A stretch of DNA of 64,000 nt from Candidatus Omnitrophota bacterium (GCA_028716965.1 JAQUOV010000002.1:2113-66112); one strand, 5' to 3'; counted from the first letter of the stretch, positions 1 to 10,210 are shown. Notes: generated by a model not told the origin, from the sequence alone. Program-made: numbers and translations.

Positions 1-253
1 TGAATATAATCTCAGGATATTTGATAATAGAAAAAATGGCCCATGCCTTCTGGGCATGGGAACAGTATTTATCCCTTCCAGTTCTCCAATTTCTTGCTGA
101 TGCCATTCCAAGGGAAAATAGACCAGTTTTACCTTATGGCCTTTTTTATTGAATTCCTTGGCAATATAGACAATTCGCACCGTCCATGGTTCGAGGCTAG
201 AATATATATCATGGGGGTGAACCATAAGTATGTTCATTTTAGCCCCCCGGAAA
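1..253 (-). CDS. Partial CDS that runs off the left edge; N-terminus of a GT-B-fold (GT4-like) glycosyltransferase
   Basis: The minus-strand reading frame from ATG at 253 stays open to position 1. Translation is MNILMVHPHDIYSSLEPWTVRIVYIAKEFNKKGHKVKLVYFP..., which matches the typical GT4 N-terminal pattern (hydrophobic start, then ...LA..L...GH.V.l). A G-rich SD-like stretch lies upstream. It is absent from the ORF track, probably because there is no in-window stop. Confidence 0.4.
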
Positions 254-366
254 AATCAGGATTCGCTTGACCTTCTTTAAAACATATAAGCCTAAGTCCA
301 TTGCAAAACAAAGAAGAGCCAAATTTAATACCAATAATGCTCTAAGAAATTTATTTTCACGCATTT

Positions 367-2082
367 TTATTTATAATATTTATATAAATCATACTTCTTA
401 AGTTCATCCAAGCTTTTGATTATCGTCTGATGATTATCACAATGGTCACAATGTTCGTCGTATAGAATCTGGCCATTGAGAAATCTTATATTTGCATTTT
501 CTTTTAAATATTTAGCCTGTCTCCTCCAACGCCAGTATTCAATTGAATTCCAAATATCTTTAAATGAACATGCGTTTACATGTCCAACCGTACGCAGATG
601 ACAACAAAAACTCATATCGTATTTTGCAGGGATTAAATTAAAATACCAACCAATCGTACAGCCATGCTTAAGAAAGAAATCTTTTGACCAAGCACCAGTT
701 TTCTCGTCGTAATTCTCAAGCTGAAATTCAAAATTATCCACAAAGTCTATATTTTTTCTTTTAAAAATTCCTTTAATCGCTGGAATTTGTTCTTTTATAG
801 CCCTGACTTCTTCTGGCTTAAGTTGTAAAAACTTGTTCATTACATCCAAACGTATTAAATAGAATCTCACCGCATCGGGAGATATCTCGGCATCCATCTC
901 AGCCATATCTATGAGCTGATGACAGTTCATGGTATGAATAACATGAGTTACAATAAGCCTTGGCCTATCGCTAGCGCTTTCCTTTTTTAATTCCATAAAT
1001 CTTTTAAGGTTATTCTTGATCTTGTAAAATGTCTCAGGCGGCTGGATTGCCGATATTTTTTCATAGACATCTGCGGTGCCTGCGGGAAAACTGCAATAAA
1101 TTTCATTCACTCCCAATTCAATCACTTCTCTTGCCTTTTCTTCGTCAAATAAAATACCATTGGTGAAAAATAATACGCCCAGGCCTTTATTACGGGCATA
1201 CCGCAACATTGGCATAAAGTTCTCATACATTAAAGGTTCGCCATCACCCTGCAATATTATACCGTCGGTCATCATGCTGGAGGCATCATTAACAACCTCT
1301 TTAAAGATTTCAAAATCAAATTTACGATTAAGGAATTCCTCCGGATGTTTCACCTGAGGCGTATGCACCCAACAATGCTGGCACTTTGCATTACATCTGT
1401 GAAACGGGTCAAATACAATGGTCTGTGGCCCGATAAAAACCTGCTCACTTATTATTCCTAAGAGCCGCAATAAATCCTTTTCTCTATCTTCGTTGGCTTG
1501 TGCATGCAAAGCAACAGTATTAAGTATTTCCATCAACTCATTATCATCAATAGTAACGATAATCCCTTCAGGCCCAACTTGCTTCCTTATTTCTTCAACA
1601 TAGTTTTTAAAATTAACTGCAATATCTTTTACGGGAAAAACCTTAAACGAGACAGGAGGGAACTGATTTTTCTTGCCTAAAAGTTCAAATGAGAAATCAA
1701 CCATTCTATTCAAACGGGAAAAATTGTACCTGGAAAGGCTTATCTTTAAATGCACCTTTTCGCCTTTATGCGCTAAATTTCTTATCATGTCGGTATTTCT
1801 TTTAAAGCCTTCCTTATCGCCCGTTATTCTCTCATGCAACTCTTCAAAATCGGAGAAAATAATAACGGGCTGATTTTGATTCTTATTTATGTATTTGTTT
1901 GTAAGCAGCGAAGGGGCCGAAGCCAGATTATACCCAAACAAGGCTTTTATATGACGCGTAATAACTGCCGGATTAAATAAACGACGTTTTGCATCCCTTA
2001 AAGGAATGTGTTTCAATAGATTCTTGAAGATCCTGGCTTTTTTAAAGAATCCTTTTAAAGTGACCATACTCATTTTATTCAA
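367..2082 (-). CDS. Radical SAM protein with an N-terminal extension and a C-terminal SPASM-like Cys cluster; paralog of the C-terminal half of the 1063-aa protein
   Basis: CNAKCQHCW (CxxxCxxC). The C-terminal Cys-rich stretch is FCCHLRTVGHVNACSF...CDHCDNH. It aligns with the C-terminal half of ORF 22108-25299: LLRLLGIISEQVFIGPQTIVFDPFHRCNAKCQHCW against LIRLLGVIVEHPFIGPQTIVIDTFHKCNTNCIHCW. Confidence 0.7.
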   Translation of the reverse strand: MNKMSMVTLKGFFKKARIFKNLLKHIPLRDAKRRLFNPAVITRHIKALFGYNLASAPSLLTNKYINKNQNQPVIIFSDFEELHERITGDKEGFKRNTDMIRNLAHKGEKVHLKISLSRYNFSRLNRMVDFSFELLGKKNQFPPVSFKVFPVKDIAVNFKNYVEEIRKQVGPEGIIVTIDDNELMEILNTVALHAQANEDREKDLLRLLGIISEQVFIGPQTIVFDPFHRCNAKCQHCWVHTPQVKHPEEFLNRKFDFEIFKEVVNDASSMMTDGIILQGDGEPLMYENFMPMLRYARNKGLGVLFFTNGILFDEEKAREVIELGVNEIYCSFPAGTADVYEKISAIQPPETFYKIKNNLKRFMELKKESASDRPRLIVTHVIHTMNCHQLIDMAEMDAEISPDAVRFYLIRLDVMNKFLQLKPEEVRAIKEQIPAIKGIFKRKNIDFVDNFEFQLENYDEKTGAWSKDFFLKHGCTIGWYFNLIPAKYDMSFCCHLRTVGHVNACSFKDIWNSIEYWRWRRQAKYLKENANIRFLNGQILYDEHCDHCDNHQTIIKSLDELKKYDLYKYYK

Positions 2083-4135
2083 TCTCTTTGTAGCAATTTA
2101 CCATACCCGCACAATTCCTTTTACAGACCCTTATCTTTTCCCGCACCCTCTCCGCTCTTTCAGAAGTCCAGATCGCATGTACGTCTGAATCTTTAATATT
2201 TCCGATTGATTCCATCTCGCAGCAAAGGTAGACCTCTCCGGCAGGATTAACATGTAAGATATCATCCCCCAGATTGCATGGTGTTGATTTAACAAATTCC
2301 TCGGGATTTTGATAGTAAAGCTTAAATCGCTCCAGTTGCTCAATCTCTGTATCAATCGGATACTTGGCAATCTTTAAGGCTATCAGCTTATCAATCACCG
2401 CATGGACCTGGCCGATATCCTGCGGCCAAAGGAACTTATACGGTTCTTTTTTATACCAGGTATCATCAATAGGGAGCATATTGGGTCTCATTACAGCAAT
2501 GAAGGAAACGGTAAGTTTGTTATTTTTCGCCCATTCTGCCAATTCCGGGATACCTTTGAGGTTTTTTGCAGTGATAATGGTCTGGATACCTAGATTCTTG
2601 AGCTTCCCCCGATATTCGTTAAAATAAGCTACTGCCTGGATAACCCGCTGATAAGAATCTCTGAGGCCACGCAAGTAATTGTGCGTACCCTCATCAAGGC
2701 TATCAAGAGAAATCGAAAGAAAATTCAAACCAGAATCTGCAATTTTTCTTGCCATTCGCCTATTGATAAGATAGGCGTTAGTAACGGTTGAAAACCGGAA
2801 TCCCTGTTGAGCTACAAATTCAATAAAATTTAATATTCCTTTTTTTAGAAACGGTTCTCCGCCTGAAATATTCATCTCAAAAGGCCCGTCTACAAAATGC
2901 CTTAAACTTAATACAAAATTACTGAGTTCTTTTATGCTGGTTTCATGGCGATTCTTTTTTGTCTTCCAATAATAGCACATCTTACAGCGGAACATGCAGC
3001 GATGGGAAACCTCAATTACGCAGAATTTCGGTTTAACAATTTTATTTCTTGTCTCCATCGGCTCAATGTGCACTTTACTTTCAGGGATGGTTTGTATTGA
3101 TTTGACGTCACTGTCTGGGGGAAAAGCGCAAACAAAATTTATTACACAACATCTTTTGCCCGGCCCATGCTCATCAATCTTTTGTCTTAACTGGTTAGCC
3201 TTCTTAGAAAACCACAAACTCTTTATATCATCGCTATTTACATCTCCCAGCGGCTCTCCGCTCAGATAGATAGTGCCTTTTTCATCTAAATCTAAAATGT
3301 AATCATGCATCCTGTATTCTGTTTCCCGCATGAATTTATCCGGATCAACGTAATAAGATTTAAAGGCTTCAAGTTGAGAAATCGGATTCCATATCTTGTA
3401 TCCTTTTTTCCTAAGCTTGATTAACTCATCAATAAGCTTATGCGTTTTTGATATATTCTGAGGCCAAAGCTCTGCGTATGCGGCGCTCTTAAACCAATTA
3501 TGCCGGACAGGGACTAACCCATTTTCTAATAATGCCAAAAAGGAAATATTCTGAAATAAACCATTACGATTTACCCATTCCGTAAGCTCTAAAATATCAT
3601 CTAAATTCTTCTCCATAATAATGGCAAGGATACTTACCGTCAAACGACCCTTACAATATTTATCGATATATTCTATGGCTTTCATAGCCTTTGACAAAGT
3701 ACCCTCAACTCCTCTATAAAAATCATGCGTATTGCTTCTTAAGCTCTCCAGGGATATGGCCAGAACATCCAAATTCGAATCCGCTATTTTTTTTGCCATA
3801 TCTTCGTCTATAAGGGTTGCATTTGTGGAAATGATGGATTTAAACCCGCATCGATGTATAAAAGAACATAGATCCAAACACCAGTCTTTTAATAACGGCT
3901 CTCCCCCCATAACATTAATCTCAAGAGGGAATTTAATAAATTCAGACAAAGCGCTTACAAAATTCCTTGCCTGCTCATAAGTAATTTCGGCCGAATCACC
4001 CTGGCAACGCCAGGCAGTACACATTTTGCATTTTAAAACGCAACGATTTGAAATAACTATATCACAGAATCGCGGATAACCGGATTTTGCATCAATAATT
4101 GCATTGCGGTTTTCAAGAAATCTTTTAGCATCCAT
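2075..4135 (-). CDS. Fused double-domain radical SAM/SPASM protein (two tandem copies of the array-type domain in one polypeptide)
   Basis: Two CxxxCxxC motifs, CVLKCKMC near the N-terminus and CMFRCKMC at about residue 365. Each is followed by GGEPLL/GGEPFL and the TN(A/G)xLI block shared by the 5758-18455 paralogs. The C-terminal half has a full Cys cluster (CNLGDD...LCCEME...CKRNCAGMVNCY). The equivalent region of the N-terminal half lacks most of those Cys. Confidence 0.75.
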   Translation of the reverse strand: MDAKRFLENRNAIIDAKSGYPRFCDIVISNRCVLKCKMCTAWRCQGDSAEITYEQARNFVSALSEFIKFPLEINVMGGEPLLKDWCLDLCSFIHRCGFKSIISTNATLIDEDMAKKIADSNLDVLAISLESLRSNTHDFYRGVEGTLSKAMKAIEYIDKYCKGRLTVSILAIIMEKNLDDILELTEWVNRNGLFQNISFLALLENGLVPVRHNWFKSAAYAELWPQNISKTHKLIDELIKLRKKGYKIWNPISQLEAFKSYYVDPDKFMRETEYRMHDYILDLDEKGTIYLSGEPLGDVNSDDIKSLWFSKKANQLRQKIDEHGPGKRCCVINFVCAFPPDSDVKSIQTIPESKVHIEPMETRNKIVKPKFCVIEVSHRCMFRCKMCYYWKTKKNRHETSIKELSNFVLSLRHFVDGPFEMNISGGEPFLKKGILNFIEFVAQQGFRFSTVTNAYLINRRMARKIADSGLNFLSISLDSLDEGTHNYLRGLRDSYQRVIQAVAYFNEYRGKLKNLGIQTIITAKNLKGIPELAEWAKNNKLTVSFIAVMRPNMLPIDDTWYKKEPYKFLWPQDIGQVHAVIDKLIALKIAKYPIDTEIEQLERFKLYYQNPEEFVKSTPCNLGDDILHVNPAGEVYLCCEMESIGNIKDSDVHAIWTSERAERVREKIRVCKRNCAGMVNCYKEIE

Positions 4136-4137
4136 CG

Positions 4138-5739
4138 TTAGTGCCTTATCTTTTGGAAAACAGAGTCTACTTTGTTTTTTTCAGTTAAATTAGAATAAAG
4201 AAAAAATAACAAGTGTTCGTCATTAAAATTCTTTATTCCCCAAATACATTTTTCTAAAACTGTTTTTAACGAACGCTCTATCTGCCGGTTCTTATCATGC
4301 CAAGACAAACCATTCTCTTCATCAAACCCAAACTTTACATAACTGATAAAATCTTTTTCTGCATACTGGTTTACTTCAAAAATACGGTTTATTCCAAATC
4401 GAGCCGGCTGGTTATAAAATGGCGTATTCTCCCTTAAATCAAAATGGTTAGGATAAATGCGATTGATATACCTGCTATTTGAATTCAGGAACCTAACGGT
4501 AGCATCTATATCTTCATCCCTCTCGTGAGGCAAACCGCAAATTACTTCAACCCCAGTCCAGATTCCTGCTTCATGGGCCCATTTGAACGCATTCCTTAAT
4601 TGCCGTAAATCGATTCGCTTGTTAATATATTTTAATAAGCGGGGGCTGGCTGTTTCCATGCCGAATATTAATCTTATACATCCTGCCCTGCGCATTTTTA
4701 GGAGAGTTGATTTGTTTAAATTATCTGCCCTTGCACAATCGCTCCATAGAATTTTAAGTTTTTTTCTTATTATTTCAGAGCACAATGCATTTACAAACTT
4801 ACTGGAAATATTGATTGTGTCATTTAAGAATAAAAATCCCGTCGGATTATATAATTCTTTTAGCTGCATTAAATCAATGGTTATTTGCTCCGGGGTCAGT
4901 ACATCGCTAACCCGGGTGCTTGAAGAAACACAAAAAGCGCACTCGTAAGGACACCCCCTTATGAACCTATACGGCAAAACAAGTGTCTGAGACGCCAGAT
5001 ATCTATTCATTGTTTCCCGGATATCTTCAGAAAAATTCAAAATTTCTTCTTGCGACCTGTATTTTTCAATGGGCAATCCGGAAAAATCCGGCTGAATAAG
5101 CTTGGAAACAATATGCGACCTAATAATTTTACCGTCATCGGAAAACTCCAAGCCAGAGATATTATCTAACCGCTCATGATTTAAGATATGTTTTAAAAGA
5201 TAGTATAACGGGGCTTCCCCCTCGCCATAGATGATATAATCTATGTAGCGACCATCGTATTTATTTTTTAATAAATCAAGCCATAAGCTGTCTCCTCCTA
5301 TTATATTTAAACAGTTATATCTTTCTTTAATAAACCTTGTAAAAGCCACAAGGAACATCAAGTTGGTATCATTTTCTATATTATCCGATAGAGAGAGCAG
5401 CACGATTTGATTATTGCAAATCTTACATTTTAATGCTGCTTTTTCCATAATAGCAGAAAGATACGCATCAGCTCCACCACGCGCATAATCTAATATACGG
5501 GCAGTGTCTGATAAAATATCAGTATCAATCGCATCCTCAAGAGAACCCGGATAAGTATTATCATAATGAATCTTTATATTAAGATCATCTTGCTCAATCG
5601 ATATCCCATGAGAGCGCAGGAAACCAGAGATTAATCCTACACCTAAAGGCGGGATAAGGGTATAATTTAATTTCGCCGTAAACTGGCGCTTCCTAAAGAA
5701 ACTTGGTGACCTTATTAATTTAATACTTCGTTCTTCCAT
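4138..5739 (-). CDS. B12-binding-domain radical SAM protein (class B rSAM)
   Basis: N-terminal Rossmann-like B12-binding region followed by CPYECAFC (CxxxCxxC) at about residue 265. The architecture is typical of the cobalamin-dependent rSAM family. Confidence 0.65.
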   Translation of the reverse strand: MEERSIKLIRSPSFFRKRQFTAKLNYTLIPPLGVGLISGFLRSHGISIEQDDLNIKIHYDNTYPGSLEDAIDTDILSDTARILDYARGGADAYLSAIMEKAALKCKICNNQIVLLSLSDNIENDTNLMFLVAFTRFIKERYNCLNIIGGDSLWLDLLKNKYDGRYIDYIIYGEGEAPLYYLLKHILNHERLDNISGLEFSDDGKIIRSHIVSKLIQPDFSGLPIEKYRSQEEILNFSEDIRETMNRYLASQTLVLPYRFIRGCPYECAFCVSSSTRVSDVLTPEQITIDLMQLKELYNPTGFLFLNDTINISSKFVNALCSEIIRKKLKILWSDCARADNLNKSTLLKMRRAGCIRLIFGMETASPRLLKYINKRIDLRQLRNAFKWAHEAGIWTGVEVICGLPHERDEDIDATVRFLNSNSRYINRIYPNHFDLRENTPFYNQPARFGINRIFEVNQYAEKDFISYVKFGFDEENGLSWHDKNRQIERSLKTVLEKCIWGIKNFNDEHLLFFLYSNLTEKNKVDSVFQKIRH

Positions 5740-5757
5740 CGCCTATAGAACTTAAAG

Positions 5758-6783
5758 TTAAGCTATCTTTTCTTCCTCGTACCAGCAATTAATTATATGG
5801 TGGCAGTTTTTCTTACAAGAAGCCATCTCTCCCCTTCTCTCTTGCGCTTTTACAGAATACCAGATGTCCTTTATATCAGCATCCCTGATATTGCCTATAC
5901 TCTCCATATAAGGACAAAGTTTAATACTACCGTCGGGAGAAACGGTAAAGCTGTTTCCATTTGTTACATTGCAGGAATATTTCTTTACAAATTCATTTGG
6001 ATTGCGGAAATATGATTTAAAAAGCTCAAGCTGCGAAATAGGGTTATTTATTTTGTCCGCTGCGCCTTGTGCTAAAGGATCTTTTAATTTAATTAAACTG
6101 TCAATAACCATGTTAACCTCATTTAATGCTTTTGGCCAAAGAAAAGCGAATTCGTCTCTTCTATACCATTCATCCTGAGGTGCGCTATGGAAAGGCTGTA
6201 CTACCGCTTGAAAGAATACAGAACGAATCCGATGATCTTTTTTTACCCAATCGGCCAACGCCAGGAGTTCAGTCAAATTTGGCGCCATTATTACCGTATC
6301 AATTGCTATCTCTAAGGAAGAACGGAATTTATCAAGGAATGTTATTGCATCCATTAATTTTTTATGGCTATCAGGCTTCCCTCGTAGATAATCATGCGTT
6401 TCTTTATTCAAACTATATAATGTCAAGGCAATATAATTTAACCCGGCCTCAACAAGCCGCTGCGCACATCCTGCATCGATAAAATAACCACTTGTTGCTA
6501 ATGATGTCCTGAATCCGTTTCTGTTGGAAAAACTGATGAGCTCTATAAGTTTATCCGGAAACAACAAAGGCTCGCCGCCGCCGAATATCATATTAAAATC
6601 AGGGGCAGCGAATTTACCTAAAGAAAGGATGAAATTCTTCCAATCAGCTTGGCTTGGCCTTCTGATACCGGATTCATCGTTTTGCCAAAGCCGGCACATC
6701 CTGCAGCGCAAGGAACAACCAAGCGTAAGTAATAAAATGCAGGCTTTAGGGATATTTTCCTGGTGTTTATTTAATGTTTCCAT
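5758..6783 (-). CDS. Radical SAM/SPASM-domain protein, tandem-array paralog
   Basis: CSLRCRMC, GGGEPLL, SGYFID, and a C-terminal cluster C..C...CxxxCxxxxxC (CNVTNG...LCPYME...CKKNCHHIINCWY). Confidence 0.75.
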   Translation of the reverse strand: METLNKHQENIPKACILLLTLGCSLRCRMCRLWQNDESGIRRPSQADWKNFILSLGKFAAPDFNMIFGGGEPLLFPDKLIELISFSNRNGFRTSLATSGYFIDAGCAQRLVEAGLNYIALTLYSLNKETHDYLRGKPDSHKKLMDAITFLDKFRSSLEIAIDTVIMAPNLTELLALADWVKKDHRIRSVFFQAVVQPFHSAPQDEWYRRDEFAFLWPKALNEVNMVIDSLIKLKDPLAQGAADKINNPISQLELFKSYFRNPNEFVKKYSCNVTNGNSFTVSPDGSIKLCPYMESIGNIRDADIKDIWYSVKAQERRGEMASCKKNCHHIINCWYEEEKIA

Positions 6784-6807
6784 TGCCGATAAGCCTTGTT
6801 TTAATTT

Positions 6808-8238
6808 TCATCTATTTGTATTTTGCCAATATGGTTTTAAATTATAATCTAAACATGCCTTAGTTAACCTCTTATGCCTATTAAGCCTTATCTCTAAAGT
6901 GTTGGTTAAATCTTTAGTAAACCAAGCAAACCAGTCATTTATCAGTGTCGTATCTATACCAAAATCTGGCGCATGCTCATATAAATACATCCCAGGCTCA
7001 ATACTACAGATATTCAAGCTATTTACTTTATCTATCCATTTCGCATTCTTTCTTATGAACTGGATGTTCTTGTCGATATCCTGTTCTGTTTCTCCCGGGA
7101 AACCAACAATAAGATTGATTTCAACACGGATATCTGCTTTTTTAGCTTTTATAATCGAATCTCGCGCATCGCGAACAGTTATGCCTTTTCTCATCAGTTT
7201 TAAAACTCTATCTGAAAGACTTTCGCAGCCAAAGGTAAGCCCTCCGCATCCTGCCTGCCTCATTTTCTTAAACAACTTACTGCTCATATCCCTTCTTACT
7301 GCAGCCTGGCCTCCCCATGCGATACCTGTCTTTTGTTGAAGCAACAGATTGCAAAATGTATCCAAAATACCTAAATTGCCGTTAATTAATAAATCACAGA
7401 ACTCAAATCTTTTTCTTTTATATTTTTGTACATGATGTTGGATTTCGTCAAACACTGACTCGGGGTTACGCCAACGATAGGGTTTCTTTATGTAGAAATC
7501 TCGGCAAAACGCGCAGGCCCGGATACAGCCTCTGCTGCTGATTAAAGGCAAAAGGTCTTCCTGAGAATAATAATCTAAATTAAATTCTTCAAAAGTAGGA
7601 AAAGGTATTTCATTAATATTTATGCGGTTTTCTTCCCTCCCTTTAAGGCACAAAGGATGATCGAGCGGATTATCCTTCCAGGTGATATATTCCAAACACG
7701 GCTGCGCAGTTTTTCCTTGCCGTAAATCGCTTAAAAGGCAAAACAAAGGATATTCCCCTTCTCCAAGGACAAAATAATCTATGCAATCCTTTCTAAACCA
7801 GAAACGGCTTTCTTTGTAATTCACTCCTGGTCCGCCAATTATTATTATTACGTCCTTGCCTATTTTTTTTCTCAACCTCAGAAGAAGCGCATTAAGAAAA
7901 GGGATAGAAGCAAAAGTTGCTGAAAATCCAATTATTTTCGCCTGGAATGAAAGTATCCTGTCAGACCAGTTTTCCAGTTGGCTGAATAAAACTTTTGGTG
8001 CTTCTCCTAAGGCCCAAAAGTTAAAGTCCTGCGTAATCCATTTCTCCTGTAACTCTTTATCTGCTTGGTGGAATATCTCAATATTTAAATCGAATATTTT
8101 AGCGGGGAAACCTTTTGTTTTTAAGAAAGTAGCCAAGTAGGCGATACCCAGGGGAGGAGCATCCACTCCCCAAGGAGGCGCCTGAATTAATAAAATCTTT
8201 TCCTGAGAGCTAATTTCACTCATTAGATTCCGTTGCAT
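6808..8238 (-). CDS. B12-binding-domain radical SAM protein inserted in the tandem array
   Basis: CIRACAFC at about residue 238 after a B12-binding-like N-terminal domain. An alternative ATG at 8223 (M6) would give an 8-bp overlap with the upstream stop. Confidence 0.65.
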   Translation of the reverse strand: MQRNLMSEISSQEKILLIQAPPWGVDAPPLGIAYLATFLKTKGFPAKIFDLNIEIFHQADKELQEKWITQDFNFWALGEAPKVLFSQLENWSDRILSFQAKIIGFSATFASIPFLNALLLRLRKKIGKDVIIIIGGPGVNYKESRFWFRKDCIDYFVLGEGEYPLFCLLSDLRQGKTAQPCLEYITWKDNPLDHPLCLKGREENRININEIPFPTFEEFNLDYYSQEDLLPLISSRGCIRACAFCRDFYIKKPYRWRNPESVFDEIQHHVQKYKRKRFEFCDLLINGNLGILDTFCNLLLQQKTGIAWGGQAAVRRDMSSKLFKKMRQAGCGGLTFGCESLSDRVLKLMRKGITVRDARDSIIKAKKADIRVEINLIVGFPGETEQDIDKNIQFIRKNAKWIDKVNSLNICSIEPGMYLYEHAPDFGIDTTLINDWFAWFTKDLTNTLEIRLNRHKRLTKACLDYNLKPYWQNTNR

Positions 8239-9223
8239 TGGTTTTTTCGTTCTCGAAAAAACAATTAATCATTGATTTACAATTGCTCTTACAGTTTCTT
8301 ATATTATTTCGTACTATTTCCGCTTTCTCGGAGAACCAAATTTCTTCAATATCCTTATTTTCCCGGATATTTCCAATAGGCTCCAAAGATAGACACAAGA
8401 ATATCTTACCTTCCGCATTAACGCTTAATGAATTATAGCCCAAATTACAATGAAACATTTTTACAAATAGTTCGGGATGTTCAAAGTAAGACTTAAAAAC
8501 ATGAAATTGTCCAGGCGGGTTTGTAATTTTATATCCTTTTTCTTTTAAATCCTTAAGCCTCTCTAACACAAAGTTTACTTTTTCTAAGTCGCTTGGCCAA
8601 AGAAATGAATATTCTTTTTTTCTATACCATTCGTTATCAGGAGGAGTAAAAAAGGGCTGGGTTATTGCCTGAAAACTGATATTTGCAATAGCATCATGCT
8701 GGTTGGCCCATTCCGCAAGCTCCGATATGTCATCAAGGTTCTGATGCATTATAGTAGTGACAATGTGAAGGCGCATTAAATTATTTCTTTTCCTGGAGAA
8801 GCGATTAATTGTTTCCATTACCCTTTCATACACCCCATCTACCCCGCGCAAAAAATCATGCGTTTGTTTCTCCAGGCTATCCAATGAAAGGACCAGGGTA
8901 TCTAAACCTGAGTTCATAATTCTATCAAAGAAATCATCATTTAATAAAAAGGAATTTGTAGTCATTGTGGTTGTTAAACCTCTTTTATCGGCATGCTTGA
9001 TCAAGTCTAATATTCCTTTTTTTAGAAGAGGCTCTCCTCCTACAAATTGCACCTGGGCCTTGCCATTTACAAAATCAGCGAAAGAATCTATAAATCTCAA
9101 CCAGTGTCTGTAATCTAACTCATCCTCATTTTTCCTCTGCCACATCTTGCACATTTTACATTTCAAGATGCAAGATTCTGTAATAATTAAATCACAGAAA
9201 GAAGGTTTTTTGTGATTGTCCAT
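8216..9223 (-). CDS. Radical SAM/SPASM-domain protein, tandem-array paralog
   Basis: CILKCKMC, VGGEPLLKKG, TTNSFLL, SLDSL..THDFLRG, and C-terminal CNLGYN...LCLSLEPIGNI...CKSNCKSMINCFF. AAGGA SD before the ATG. Confidence 0.75.
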   Translation of the reverse strand: MDNHKKPSFCDLIITESCILKCKMCKMWQRKNEDELDYRHWLRFIDSFADFVNGKAQVQFVGGEPLLKKGILDLIKHADKRGLTTTMTTNSFLLNDDFFDRIMNSGLDTLVLSLDSLEKQTHDFLRGVDGVYERVMETINRFSRKRNNLMRLHIVTTIMHQNLDDISELAEWANQHDAIANISFQAITQPFFTPPDNEWYRKKEYSFLWPSDLEKVNFVLERLKDLKEKGYKITNPPGQFHVFKSYFEHPELFVKMFHCNLGYNSLSVNAEGKIFLCLSLEPIGNIRENKDIEEIWFSEKAEIVRNNIRNCKSNCKSMINCFFENEKTNATESNE

Positions 9224-9229
9224 ATATCC

Positions 9230-10207
9230 TTAAAGAAGTTTCTTGTTTTCAAAACAATTTAATACGTTAAGGCAGCTTTCTTTGCAATTACGCATTTGTT
9301 CTCTTCTTACCATTGCTTCTGTCGAATACCAAATATCCTTTATAAGACTATCTTTAATATTGCCCACGGCAACCCTAGAACCACATAGCAAAACATCCCC
9401 CGAGGGCCGTATATACATCACATAATTACCTTGGCTGCAAATCATATCCATGCCCAATTTGTTTGGTTGCCTAAAATAGGTTTTAAAAACCTGCAGTTGT
9501 CTTATGGAATTTGATATTTTATAACCCTGTCTTTTGTATTCAATAAGCTGGTTCATAACCGCGTCTAGTTCAATTTCATTGTGTGGCCAAAGATAGCGCA
9601 ATGACTCTCTTTCATACCATTGATCATCTTTATCCGTTGCGATTGGCTGGGATATTGCCTGTAAATAGATTGAACTTAAATCATTATTATTGTTGGCCCA
9701 CTCTACCAGCTCAACCAGATGCTGAATGTTCGGCCCCATAATAACTGCTAAGATACTAATACTTTTTACGCCCTCTTTCTTCAGATTCTTAATAGCTCGC
9801 ATCGCTTGAGCATGCGCCCCTTTAACCCCCCTCAAAGAATCATGCATATCGGCATCAAGGGTATCCAATGATATGCTAATTACATCTAAGCCGCAAGACG
9901 CTATTCTAGCTGCCATAGCTTCATCTATAAGGAAACCGTTTGTCACCATTACCGTGGTAAAACCTTTTCTATGGGCGTGTGCAAGCACATCGATGACCCC
10001 TTTTTTCACCAAAGGTTCCCCTCCTGCAAAATGCAGCTTTACTTTGGAAAACCCGCATTCTGCAAGGCTATCTATAAAATATTTCCACTCTTCAATGGAT
10101 AGTTCATCAGTGTTCTCTCTGGATTCCCATAATCTGCACATTTTACATTTAAAAATGCAGTTTTCGGTAATACCTATATCACAAAAGACAGGCGCATTTA
10201 TCTCCAT
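9230..10207 (-). CDS. Radical SAM/SPASM-domain protein, tandem-array paralog
   Basis: CIFKCKMC, AGGEPLVKKG, and C-terminal CSQGNY...LCGSRVAVGNIKD...CKESCLNVLNCF. About 45% identical by eye to the 8216-9223 product. GAAGGATG SD. Confidence 0.75.
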   Translation of the reverse strand: MEINAPVFCDIGITENCIFKCKMCRLWESRENTDELSIEEWKYFIDSLAECGFSKVKLHFAGGEPLVKKGVIDVLAHAHRKGFTTVMVTNGFLIDEAMAARIASCGLDVISISLDTLDADMHDSLRGVKGAHAQAMRAIKNLKKEGVKSISILAVIMGPNIQHLVELVEWANNNNDLSSIYLQAISQPIATDKDDQWYERESLRYLWPHNEIELDAVMNQLIEYKRQGYKISNSIRQLQVFKTYFRQPNKLGMDMICSQGNYVMYIRPSGDVLLCGSRVAVGNIKDSLIKDIWYSTEAMVRREQMRNCKESCLNVLNCFENKKLL

Positions 10208-10210
10208 GGG

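Noticed and set aside
26-60. GC-rich inverted repeat (cccatgcc...ggcatggg) plus a T-run on the minus strand, initially read as a rho-independent terminator for the minus-strand block
   Set aside because: It lies inside an open minus-strand reading frame (253 to the edge) whose translation looks like a genuine GT4-type glycosyltransferase N-terminus. It is therefore more likely coding than a terminator. It is kept only as a low-interest note.
43-270. Plus-strand 75-aa ORF from the six-frame track
   Set aside because: It is antisense to the better-supported minus-strand GT-like ORF and has no recognisable motifs, so it is probably a shadow ORF.
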